The translations under genes and the position numbers were made by a program. Shown one piece after another: positions 48,269-57,308 of a DNA stretch of 64,000 nucleotides (its first letter is position 1; every line of letters begins with the position of its first letter). This DNA is from an uncultured bacterium (lineage in GTDB: Bacteria; Fidelibacterota; Marinisomatia; Marinisomatales; Marinisomataceae), in contig CAJJCZ010000004.1 of NCBI GenBank assembly GCA_905182795.1, forward strand, positions 4,506 through 68,505, read 5' to 3'. The notes under the pieces were generated by a model. It saw only the letters and a list, made by a program, of their open reading frames with translations. It was not told the origin of the DNA and searched no databases.

Positions 48269-48793
48269 TTATTTAGTAAGCCCTTCTTTGCTCAAAAGAT
48301 CCGCTTCCGTATTTTTATCTCTCAAAACATGTGAAACCGACCATTTACCTAACATTGAACACAAGTCTAAAGCCTTAGCATGCAGTTTAATCATTCTTTC
48401 ATTTTTTACTTTATAATCGCCATTAACTTGCCTTACAATTAATTCACTATCACAAAAAATTTCTACATCTAATATCTTGTTTTTAATACAAAGCTCAATA
48501 CCTCTGATTAATGCCAAATATTCTGCTTCATTATTGGTGCAATCACCTATATTTTCAGCAAAAGAAAATACTATCTCTTGGCCACTTTTTAACAAACCTC
48601 CAATACCAGCATTATTTCTATCAAGCTGAGATGCTCCATCCGTAAAAAGCTTATAAGACATATCGCTACTACTCACTGAATCTTCGACAGTATTTGGTAG
48701 CTTGACTAAACTATCTATTAAAGCAATCTCCTTATCGGATAACTTGTCCCTAAATCTTTCTAAAATTTTAATTAATTTTTTTTCGTTATTCAT
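48269..48793 (-). CDS. RNase H-fold protein (RNase HI type) with ~50-aa helical N-terminal extension
   Basis: FTDGAS...NNEAEYLALIRGIE...IFCDSELIVRQVNG...NTEADLLSKEG gives the D-E-D-D pattern. Confidence 0.7.
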   Translation of the reverse strand: MNNEKKLIKILERFRDKLSDKEIALIDSLVKLPNTVEDSVSSSDMSYKLFTDGASQLDRNNAGIGGLLKSGQEIVFSFAENIGDCTNNEAEYLALIRGIELCIKNKILDVEIFCDSELIVRQVNGDYKVKNERMIKLHAKALDLCSMLGKWSVSHVLRDKNTEADLLSKEGLTK

Positions 48794-48798
48794 AATAT

Positions 48799-50022
48799 TT
48801 AATACAATAATGGGGTTTTCAGTCTATAATCTCCGAATCCATAGTCATCAATAAAAGTAAATTCTTCTCCAATCTGGAAATAATACCACTTTTCATAATT
48901 ATAGCTACCCTGCATATTCATTGAGCGTGTCATATCATCGGGCTTTCCAAATAAGATATATACCATTCCCATATCTGACTTCCACCCTCCAGAAGTTCCT
49001 CTTGAAAAATTTTCCTCAGTAAAAGCAACTCTACTATAATATTCTTCCATAAGTTCGTTGACTTTTGTTTTAACAATGGGATCTCTTTTTGCCCAAACTG
49101 TTCTAAAAAATTTCTCTTTTTCTGACTGCTTAAGATTTTTTAATTCCTTCTTTTCTTTCGATGTTAAGATATAACTCATCTGAGCTAATGCAGTATCAAT
49201 ATTATCAATTCCATCAAAAAGCATAGTATTCTTTATTTTAAATGAAAACGACTTAGATGAAACGCTATCATTTTGAGTAACTACCACCTTAATCGTTAAA
49301 TCTCTCTTATCAATATCTTTGATGGGGATATTGGCTAAGTGGCTTACTACATCGCCTTCTGAAACCGCATCAATAGAATCTTCCCATTGTACTGTCTTCT
49401 GACTAATAACGCTCATTGTGATATTATATGGCCCTGGATTTAAGACAATGTACTGATTCAGAGATATAATATTGTTATCAGATATCACTCTGTTAGCTAC
49501 AGTAGGAAATTTATTCAAACCAAAACCCCACGAACCTTTTCCTTCTTTTAGAAATATTGGCTCGTATATTTTAAGAGATGTGCTTTTCGACAAATATTTT
49601 AAATTAATTTCTTGTTCTTTCTTACCTGAAAGCTTTACATCTAAATCCTTTAAACTTGATGTAACTGTATAGTTATCGAACGGCAAAACAAACGCTGTTG
49701 TTATTATTTTTTTCTTTATCTTCGATGTAGTGTCACCAAATTTTTTAACAATAATCGTATCTGAAAATAACTGAGAAGATTTCTTCTCATTGTTGTCATT
49801 TAATATAGCAATATTTACTTCATATTTAGCTTCAAAGAGATTGTCTTTTTTGAGAAATTGTAATGCATTACTTGATACTTCTACAAAAGATAAAACCTCT
49901 ATAGAGTCCTTCGCAACTGGACGAATGAAAGAGTTAGTTTTAAACTGATCAATATTTCGATCTAAGCCTTGAGCATATATTATGCTCAACAATATTACAT
50001 AAATGGATATAATTTTTTTCAT
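48799..50022 (-). CDS. GWxTD-domain protein
   Basis: Signal peptide. C-terminal RGTSGGWKSDMGMVYILFGKPD matches the GWxTD motif. Confidence 0.7.
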   Translation of the reverse strand: MKKIISIYVILLSIIYAQGLDRNIDQFKTNSFIRPVAKDSIEVLSFVEVSSNALQFLKKDNLFEAKYEVNIAILNDNNEKKSSQLFSDTIIVKKFGDTTSKIKKKIITTAFVLPFDNYTVTSSLKDLDVKLSGKKEQEINLKYLSKSTSLKIYEPIFLKEGKGSWGFGLNKFPTVANRVISDNNIISLNQYIVLNPGPYNITMSVISQKTVQWEDSIDAVSEGDVVSHLANIPIKDIDKRDLTIKVVVTQNDSVSSKSFSFKIKNTMLFDGIDNIDTALAQMSYILTSKEKKELKNLKQSEKEKFFRTVWAKRDPIVKTKVNELMEEYYSRVAFTEENFSRGTSGGWKSDMGMVYILFGKPDDMTRSMNMQGSYNYEKWYYFQIGEEFTFIDDYGFGDYRLKTPLLY

Positions 50023-51719
50023 AAGTTGAAATTGAACTTAATTAAACCTTTGCTTGTTAGTAACACTAAATATCCATCAATATATTTTATTTGATAAATA
50101 TTTCTCAAAAATGGAAAATCATAATAATTAATAAGCTCTCTTGTATCTATATTAACAACAACTAATCCTCTTACTGTAGACAAGAATAATAACGAATTAT
50201 CTACTACAGCAATATCTGTTACCTTGTAATTAAAGTAAAGACTTGAAGGAATAGCTAAAGTTCGATTCATATAGTCTACAACGCCTAAATCTGTAACTAT
50301 GTATAAATTATCATTTCTAGAAAAAATTCTAGATACCGATCTAGATGCTATATCAATTTGATTTTTTGTCATAGAAGTATCGAAGGTGGCATCTTTCCAG
50401 TTCAAAGTAGAAATACTGTCTTTCTCATTATCGTAACTGAATACGGTATTACTTAAAACAAAAAAAACTTTATCTTCGAAATTTTCTATATCTCCTAAAG
50501 TTAAATTTCTAGAGAAAATAAACTTCTCTACTTTACTACTCATTCTTGCTTTTGAATTTCTATTTATCTGAACAACTCCATTAATAGATCCAGCAAATAT
50601 TGACCCATTCTTATGCTCTAAATGAAGAATTTTACCACGAGGAATACCCTTCTCAAAACCGATAGATCTAAATGAATTCTTTTTTATATTATATACCAAA
50701 ACATAACTATCTAGCCCATACCATATCTCATCATCAACCATAAGACTTGAATAAATATTATCTTTGCTAAAATTCAAATAATGATCAGATAGTATGTTTT
50801 CAAATTTATTACTATCCATGTCAAATTTAGTAATGCCATTAAACGATTTATTTCCAATACCTGAAATCCACAACATATCACTATCAATCATTGAGGTTGG
50901 AACTGCGCATGCGAGACCATAAAATATTGGTGTTATCAACTTATTAAATTCATCTATTTTTAGAATATATCCGTTAGAAAGTGACATCCAATTAATGCCA
51001 TTATTTGATTTATAATAAGATAGATATTTTGAGAAATTTCCCCTGTTATCTGAAGCCCCATTTGATGTTAAGAGCCATGCATCTTCAACAAAATAATCAT
51101 TGAAATCAAAAATATTCCATCTTAATTCTCGAGAAGAAATATCTCCCCATGCAATAGATTGCTCATCTGGCGTAGCATATACTCCCAGCAAAATACCATT
51201 AACGTGGTCTAATTTAAAAAATTTACTATTTGATCGTAACCATACATAATCCTTACTAGATCCAATGTCAATAATCTGAGCTCCAGATTTCAATGAAAGT
51301 AATCTATAGTCTATTTTATTCCAATTACCTTCTCTAGAAAAACTATATTCAATAAAACTATCTCCCACAGACCATAAAATTCCTGTATACTCATCAAAAT
51401 AAATATGCTCAATTGATTGAGACTTTATTCCCTGAGCTTGAGTAATTGGTTTTGCAAATTGCTGCGAAAATTTATTTAATCTTAAAATTCCTGCATCTTC
51501 TGTACCAAAATAAAAATATGAATAATCTTCTGATATAGAATTAACTGCACCTACCTGATTATATTGCTCCCAACTAAAAACATTAAATCTATTATCAACT
51601 TGACCTAATAGAGGCCCAATCAATGATATGAAGAATAACAGATTAAAAATGTTACTATTTTTTGCTTTTGTGTTTGTTGAAGCTATTACGCTTATATCCT
51701 TTTCTGACTTTCGATACAT
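50019..51719 (-). CDS. secreted beta-propeller-like repeat protein (two-component-regulator-propeller-like)
   Basis: Hydrophobic signal NIFNLLFFISLIGPLLGQ. About 40-aa repeats with Y/F-G-T..G patterns (YFYFGTEDAGILRL, ILWSVGDSFIEY, IFAGSINGVVQI). Confidence 0.5.
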   Translation of the reverse strand: MYRKSEKDISVIASTNTKAKNSNIFNLLFFISLIGPLLGQVDNRFNVFSWEQYNQVGAVNSISEDYSYFYFGTEDAGILRLNKFSQQFAKPITQAQGIKSQSIEHIYFDEYTGILWSVGDSFIEYSFSREGNWNKIDYRLLSLKSGAQIIDIGSSKDYVWLRSNSKFFKLDHVNGILLGVYATPDEQSIAWGDISSRELRWNIFDFNDYFVEDAWLLTSNGASDNRGNFSKYLSYYKSNNGINWMSLSNGYILKIDEFNKLITPIFYGLACAVPTSMIDSDMLWISGIGNKSFNGITKFDMDSNKFENILSDHYLNFSKDNIYSSLMVDDEIWYGLDSYVLVYNIKKNSFRSIGFEKGIPRGKILHLEHKNGSIFAGSINGVVQINRNSKARMSSKVEKFIFSRNLTLGDIENFEDKVFFVLSNTVFSYDNEKDSISTLNWKDATFDTSMTKNQIDIASRSVSRIFSRNDNLYIVTDLGVVDYMNRTLAIPSSLYFNYKVTDIAVVDNSLLFLSTVRGLVVVNIDTRELINYYDFPFLRNIYQIKYIDGYLVLLTSKGLIKFNFNL

Positions 51720-52371
51720 GTCCGTTATCTAAATATATGACCACATTTGCAAATTGTTTCACAAAATAATCACTCGTTGAAGATAAAATAATAGTGGTTC
51801 CTAGAATATTATTCATCTTCATTATTTTTTTACGCAGAATCATCTCATTTTTTGGATCTAAATATAGACCATAATCATCTACAATCAATACCCTGGGATC
51901 TTTTTCAACTCCTACCACAATTTTTAACCAATGTTTTTCACCATCTGACAATTTATTAATTGGCATTTTCCAAAGATGTTCTAGGCTAAAGTGTTTAAAA
52001 TGTCGTATGCGAATTTGGTTTATCTTAGCAGAAAACATTCCTTTTAAAAATTGTTCAACTGTCCTGTGACTCTTTAAATATTGGGAAAAATCATTAAACA
52101 TGTCTACATGAATATATTGAATCTCTTTGTGTTTCTTAATGTTTCCAAGAAAATTGGTTTTGAAAGGATTTCCCTGATAAAGAACATCTCCTTTTGACTC
52201 TTTTTGTAATCCTGAAAGGACTTTCATTAGAGATGACTTTCCTGATCCAAAATTACCACATACACCATAAATTAATCCATTGTGGAACTTTAAAGTGTTT
52301 ATCTCTAAAGCCTTTTTTGATCCGAACTTGAGCTTCAGACCGCTAATATCATAAATCTGTTTTAATTCCAT
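51655..52371 (-). CDS. orphan ABC-type ATPase with degenerate catalytic motifs
   Basis: Walker A GNFGSGKSS. Signature LSDGE (versus LSGGQ). Walker B LIVDDY (Asp where the catalytic Glu is expected). No His at the H-loop position (SSTSD). No permease gene is adjacent. Confidence 0.65.
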   Translation of the reverse strand: MELKQIYDISGLKLKFGSKKALEINTLKFHNGLIYGVCGNFGSGKSSLMKVLSGLQKESKGDVLYQGNPFKTNFLGNIKKHKEIQYIHVDMFNDFSQYLKSHRTVEQFLKGMFSAKINQIRIRHFKHFSLEHLWKMPINKLSDGEKHWLKIVVGVEKDPRVLIVDDYGLYLDPKNEMILRKKIMKMNNILGTTIILSSTSDYFVKQFANVVIYLDNGHVSKVRKGYKRNSFNKHKSKK

Positions 52372-52406
52372 CTTTTTTTTCTCCTTAAAAAGACAGGGAA
52401 ACTATT

Positions 52407-53342
52407 CTATAAATCTTCTAAATATTTTTCTGCATCTATTGCGGCCATACAACCAGAACCAGCCGCTGTAATTGCTTGCCTATAGTGACTATCTTGTACA
52501 TCACCACAAGCAAAAATTCCAGCTACATTAGTTAAAGTTGATCCGGGATTGGTAATGATATATCCTTGGTCGTCTAAATCGATAATACCTTTAAACTGAC
52601 CAGTATTTGGCTTATGGCCAATACCGTAGAATACACCTTCGCAATCAAAATTTCTTTCTTTCCCATCAATAGTATCTTTTAATAAGACCCCAGAAACTCC
52701 ATCTTTTTGAGAACCAAAAATGTCAGTTACTACTGCATTTTTAATAATCTCAATTTTTGGATTATCTAACACCCTATCAATCATAATTTTAGATGCACGA
52801 AATTCTTCTCGTCGATGGATAAGTGTTACCTTGCTAGCAAATTTTGTTAAAAAACTTGCTTCTTCCATCGCTGAATCACCTCCACCGACCACTATAATCT
52901 CTTTATCTTTGAAAAAATAACCATCACATGTCGCGCAAGTGCTAACTCCATACCCCATTAACTCTTTTTCCGCCTTCAGACCTAACATTCTTGCAGAGGC
53001 ACCAGTAGAAACAATTACTGATTCAGCAAGATATTCTTCATCTTGAACGTAAACTTTGAATGGAGAGCTAGAGAAATCAACTTTTGAGACATATTTATAA
53101 AAACATTCGGCTCCAAATCTCTGAGCTTGTTTTCGAAAGAGATCCATCATATCTGGACCTAAAACACCGTCAGGAAATCCTGGATAATTTTCTACATCTG
53201 TAGTAATTGTCAATTGACCTCCGGGCTGATTCCCTTCAAAGACAATTGGATTCAAATTAGCACGAGCAGCATAAATCGCAGCTGTTAATCCAGCTGGACC
53301 AGAACCGATAATGATAGTTTTATGAATAGTTTTATCTGTCAT
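52407..53342 (-). CDS. trxB: thioredoxin-disulfide reductase
   Basis: IIIGSGPAGLTAAIYAAR, CATCDG, VVGGGDSAMEEA. Confidence 0.95.
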   Translation of the reverse strand: MTDKTIHKTIIIGSGPAGLTAAIYAARANLNPIVFEGNQPGGQLTITTDVENYPGFPDGVLGPDMMDLFRKQAQRFGAECFYKYVSKVDFSSSPFKVYVQDEEYLAESVIVSTGASARMLGLKAEKELMGYGVSTCATCDGYFFKDKEIIVVGGGDSAMEEASFLTKFASKVTLIHRREEFRASKIMIDRVLDNPKIEIIKNAVVTDIFGSQKDGVSGVLLKDTIDGKERNFDCEGVFYGIGHKPNTGQFKGIIDLDDQGYIITNPGSTLTNVAGIFACGDVQDSHYRQAITAAGSGCMAAIDAEKYLEDL

Positions 53343-53361
53343 TTAAATTAATTGTTTAATA

Positions 53362-53697
53362 TTAACTCTTTTTTATGATTTGGTTAATACTATCAACTAA
53401 TGCCTGCTCAGACTGAAGTCCAACTTCTTGTCTTACAATTTCTCCATTGCTAAAAAACAATAATGTTGGAATGCTGCGAATACCGTATTTTACGGGCACT
53501 TCTTTGACTTCATCGACATTTACCTTACCTACAAGGACGTTATCGCTGAATTCATTAGAAATTTTATCTAAAATGGGTGCTATGGCCTTACATGGACCGC
53601 ACCATTCAGCCCAAAAGTCTACAATTACAAGCTTTTGTGCTTTAATTACAAGCTCTTCAAAGTTTTGATCTGTTATTTTGATAATTTTTTCAGACAT
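53362..53697 (-). CDS. trxA: thioredoxin
   Basis: VDFWAEWCGPCKAIAP...IRSIPTLLFF. Confidence 0.95.
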   Translation of the reverse strand: MSEKIIKITDQNFEELVIKAQKLVIVDFWAEWCGPCKAIAPILDKISNEFSDNVLVGKVNVDEVKEVPVKYGIRSIPTLLFFSNGEIVRQEVGLQSEQALVDSINQIIKKS

Positions 53698-53794
53698 AAG
53701 TTTTCCGAATCATATTAATAATTACCATGGAATTTATAAGAATAATTGAATTTGAGTAACAAAAAAATAAGTTAAATGATTTTTCCGAGAGATA

Positions 53795-55006
53795 TTATCC
53801 GGAAATTTTTAGAAATCTTCTTTTGCCAATCTTAATTATCAAATCTCCACATCCCTTACTGAGAGGATGACTTGGGTCAGAACAAACTTCTCCATCTATT
53901 TTTATAGCATTCTGTGCTATTAGACGCTTGCCTTCTGCCTTACTTTTAATCAAGCTTTCTGATATCAAAACTTCAAGAATAGTCGTATCGTCATATAAGT
54001 CAAATACAGTGATATTATCTGGAATAGACTTCTTAACAAATATTTGATCAAATGCCTGCTCAGCTTTAAGTGCTGTATCCATGTCATAGTAACGCGTAAC
54101 TAAATCTTTGGCTAAATCTCTTTTTATATCTCTTGGATTTATAGAAGTGTCTTTAAGTTGATTTTCTACTGATAAAACTTTTTCTTTGTCGGCAAATACA
54201 GCCAATTTATAGTATTTACAGATCATAGAATCATTAATAGACATTAACTTACCGTACATGTCTTCGGGAGAATCATCCAGCGCAATATAATTATCATATG
54301 ACTTTGACATCTTTTCTATTCCGTCAGTACCTTCCAATAGAGGTAGTGTGATGATAGACTGAGGTTCTTGATCGTACTCTCGCTGTAAGTCTCTACCAAC
54401 TAACAAATTAAATTTTTGATCAGTACCACCTAACTCTACATCAGATTTAATTTCAACAGAATCCATTGCTTGCGCTAAAGGGTATAAGAATTCATGCATT
54501 GAAATAGGAATTTTAGATTCAAAGCGTTTTGTAAAATCATCTCTCTCAATCATGCGAGCAACAGTATACTTACTACTCATTTTTATTACATCAGAAAAGT
54601 TCATTTTATTTAGCCAAGTACTGTTAAATAAGACTTTAAGAGTTTTTACATCAAGTATAACTTTAGATTGTTCGATATATGATTCTGCATTATTTTTTGC
54701 CTCCTCCAAAGTAAGTTGTGGACGTGTCTTGTTACGCTCAGAAGGGTCTCCAATCATTGCTGTGAAATCACCAATTACAAGAATAGCTTGGTGTCCTAGG
54801 TCTTGAAAATCTCTTAGCTTTTGAAGAACAACGCTATGTCCGATATGTAGATCTGGCCTACTCGGGTCGCAGCCTAGTTTTATGACGAGAGGTTTGTTAT
54901 TTTTAATAGAAAATTTTAGCTTATGCCTAAGGTCCTGAAGTGGAATTACCTCTTCTGTCCCTTTGGATATAATTTCTAACTGATCATCTACTGGTAAAAA
55001 TGCCAT
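53795..55006 (-). CDS. tyrS: tyrosine--tRNA ligase
   Basis: HIGH (DLHIGHSV), KMSKS, C-terminal S4-like domain; 403 aa. Confidence 0.9.
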   Translation of the reverse strand: MAFLPVDDQLEIISKGTEEVIPLQDLRHKLKFSIKNNKPLVIKLGCDPSRPDLHIGHSVVLQKLRDFQDLGHQAILVIGDFTAMIGDPSERNKTRPQLTLEEAKNNAESYIEQSKVILDVKTLKVLFNSTWLNKMNFSDVIKMSSKYTVARMIERDDFTKRFESKIPISMHEFLYPLAQAMDSVEIKSDVELGGTDQKFNLLVGRDLQREYDQEPQSIITLPLLEGTDGIEKMSKSYDNYIALDDSPEDMYGKLMSINDSMICKYYKLAVFADKEKVLSVENQLKDTSINPRDIKRDLAKDLVTRYYDMDTALKAEQAFDQIFVKKSIPDNITVFDLYDDTTILEVLISESLIKSKAEGKRLIAQNAIKIDGEVCSDPSHPLSKGCGDLIIKIGKRRFLKISG

Positions 55007-55461
55007 TATTTTTTACTCATTTCTCGTCGGGCTTCTCTGTCTAAATCTCTCATCTTTAAAGCATCTTTTTTCTGATATGTTTTCTTACCTTTGGCTGTAG
55101 CAAATTCAATCTTTGCTATGCCCTCTTTAAAATAAGCTTTTAAGGGGACAATAGTTAATCCTTTTTGGGCTACAACATTCTTTAATCTTATCATCTCTTT
55201 TTTATGAAGAAGTAATTGACGATTTCTTGTCGGAGAATGACCTGAAAATCCTGTATGCGAATATGAGCTAATATGTGCTCCAATTAACCATACTTTTGCA
55301 TCTTTAATTGAAACAAAACTATCCTTTAAATTCAATTTCTTTTCTCTCAAACTTTTAACCTCGCTACCGAGGAGGATCATACCAGCTTCATACCGATCGA
55401 TAATCGTATAGCTATGAAAAGCTTTTCTGTTATTACTAATAATCTCTATATTTTCGCTCAT
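55006..55461 (-). CDS. smpB: SsrA-binding protein
   Basis: NRKAFHSYTIIDRYEAGMILLGSEVKSLR...RNRQLLLHKKE. Confidence 0.9.
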   Translation of the reverse strand: MSENIEIISNNRKAFHSYTIIDRYEAGMILLGSEVKSLREKKLNLKDSFVSIKDAKVWLIGAHISSYSHTGFSGHSPTRNRQLLLHKKEMIRLKNVVAQKGLTIVPLKAYFKEGIAKIEFATAKGKKTYQKKDALKMRDLDREARREMSKK

Positions 55462-55606
55462 AAAAAAAGTTCTATTATTTTAATATTATTTTGTTAAATT
55501 TAAATATTGTTAAATATACAAAGTTTTCAACATTATGTGTATAACAATTGTGTGTTAAGTTTTTTTGTATCATATTTATACCAAAACTTAAAGAGAAAAT
55601 ATAATT

Positions 55607-56095
55607 ATGAGTAGTATTTATAAACGAAAAAGAAATGGGAAAAATGATGGATATGTAATGTATTCGATTTATGCCTACGATCCTTTAAAAAATAAAAAAA
55701 GGTATTTTAATATAACTTTAGGAAAAATTGGTCCTACCCTAACCTGGGATGACTGCTTGAAACAAAAAAAAGAACTTGATCGTGTTTTTGCTATTAAAAA
55801 AGGCGGTAAACGAGAAATGCAGCTAAGTAGCGCTATTAAAACCTATCTAAAGCACAAAATGATACATTTTATAACAAAACCTCCTAAAGCAAGCTCTATG
55901 AAGCTTCAAAACTACCACCTGTATAAGTTTGAAGAGGTTATTGTTCAAAGATATGGATCTGGTATCATGATGAAGCATATCGATAGTAACATATTAGATT
56001 GGTATTTCGATATAAGAGAACAAGAACTCAAGGCTAGTTCAATGATTGTTCATAAGAGAATAATAGATAGTTTTCTAAATTGGATTAAGAATTGA
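55607..56095 (+). pseudogene. truncated tyrosine-recombinase/integrase (arm-binding plus SAM-like N-terminal domains only)
   Basis: IYKRKRNGKNDGYVMYSIYAYDPLKNKKRYF is arm-type, then AIKTYLKHK...YHLYKFEEVIV...ILDWYFDI...HKRIIDSFLNWI is SAM-like. There is no catalytic R..HxxR..Y domain. The TGA stop overlaps the 3' end of tRNA-Gly. Confidence 0.6.
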
Positions 56096-56167
56096 GCGAG
56101 TGACGCGATTCGAACGCGCGACCCCAACCTTGGCAAGGTTGTGCTCTACCAGCTGAGCTACACTCGC
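56095..56167 (-). tRNA. tRNA-Gly (anticodon GCC)
   Basis: Minus strand GCGAGTGTAGCTCAGCTGGTAGAGCACAACCTTGCCAAGGTTGGGGTCGCGCGTTCGAATCGCGTCACTCGCT. The cloverleaf folds by hand; CCA is not encoded. Confidence 0.9.
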
Positions 56168-56192
56168 ATGTGTGGTGCATAATAAAACAAAA

Positions 56193-57308
56193 TTATGGTT
56201 TTTCAAAAGAAAAATCTGCATTACCTGCTATCTTCTCAATCAATGCTGCAACGTCTTTATCGTCCGGAATACCCGGTGATAAAGGTACACTAAAAAATAT
56301 ACTACGATCTCCGTACTTTGCCAAAGATTGACCCAACTCAAATGCTTCTTTTTGATACTTTGTTACCAAAGTAAGTACATTGGGTTCATTGGCATATATT
56401 TCTTCCAATTTTTTTGATGCATCCTTGGCTTGCAATCTTTTTAGGCGGAAATCTATCTCTTGAAGACGACTAAATGGTGCTGAAACGTCTTCTACTGCCT
56501 TATTTAGGTCTTTTATTCTGATATCAAGAATACTTAAATGCTTTCCTTGAATACCAGTAGAATATACTAATGGACCATCTTGAGCTTGTTTACTCCTAGG
56601 TTCAGTTCTTCTGGTAACTCCACTTAGAAAAATATAATCTGCTTTAGGAAATGCATTAGAAAGATCTACTCCATTACTTGAGCTAATATCTATCAATAAA
56701 ACTACAATATCTACCTCTGGCTTTACTATATCAACATACCTATTACCTTCTGATATAAAATTTTTATTGATGATAGATTCATATCTAGTAGCTTCACTTA
56801 GGCCTATAAATCCAATTTTAACACCATCTTCTTCTTTAATGTGATAAGGTTTGAATAATAAACTATTTGTATTCTTGTCATACAAATTTGCTGATAGAAA
56901 ATTTATTGATGAACCTGAGATAATTTCTTTCAGGAAAACTTCTCCTAATTTAAAATCATTTGATCCAATATTTATAACCTCATAACCGATAAGCTCGAGA
57001 GCGCTAACAAAATTTCTAGCTTTATATTTTTTACTATCTACTCTTAAGCCGTCAGGATTAATAACTCCATGTGAAAAGAATGTATTTCCTGCATCGATAA
57101 GAAGAGGTTCTCTACCAGACATCATGTTTTTAAAAAAGAATGCTTTTCTTGCAAGCCCTCCTAATGGAGCCTTTGGACACCCGCAGTCATAATATTCTGC
57201 AAATACATTTGATGTAGCTACAAGAGAAACATTATAAGTTTTTTTACTTGTTTCTTCGTTTTGTGCAAACAAGGCACTGACTAATAATAATATAAATATT
57301 TTCTTCAT
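56193..57308 (-). CDS. secreted 5'-nucleotidase/UshA-like protein with substituted metal-ligand motifs (likely pseudo-phosphatase)
   Basis: Signal peptide. GGLARKAFFFKNM...LLIDAGNTFFS...IGYEVINIGSNDFKLG...KIGFIGL aligns by eye to the calcineurin-like 5'-nucleotidase layout, but the expected Asp/His ligands are absent. Confidence 0.4.
   Translation of the reverse strand: MKKIFILLLVSALFAQNEETSKKTYNVSLVATSNVFAEYYDCGCPKAPLGGLARKAFFFKNMMSGREPLLIDAGNTFFSHGVINPDGLRVDSKKYKARNFVSALELIGYEVINIGSNDFKLGEVFLKEIISGSSINFLSANLYDKNTNSLLFKPYHIKEEDGVKIGFIGLSEATRYESIINKNFISEGNRYVDIVKPEVDIVVLLIDISSSNGVDLSNAFPKADYIFLSGVTRRTEPRSKQAQDGPLVYSTGIQGKHLSILDIRIKDLNKAVEDVSAPFSRLQEIDFRLKRLQAKDASKKLEEIYANEPNVLTLVTKYQKEAFELGQSLAKYGDRSIFFSVPLSPGIPDDKDVAALIEKIAGNADFSFEKP

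Noticed and set aside
51655-51719. The 65-nt overlap between the ABC-ATPase and propeller genes as a sign of frameshift or gene fusion
   Set aside because: The ATPase has a normal-length C-terminus. The propeller protein has its own ATG followed by a signal-peptide-like hydrophobic segment. The frames differ and neither is interrupted.
55462-55606. Looked for tmRNA (ssrA) beside smpB, or an attR copy of the tRNA-Gly 3' end
   Set aside because: The gap is only 145 nt and extremely AT-rich. It has no tRNA-like acceptor/T-arm sequence and no match to the GCGAGTGACGCGATTCGAA segment. ssrA must lie elsewhere.
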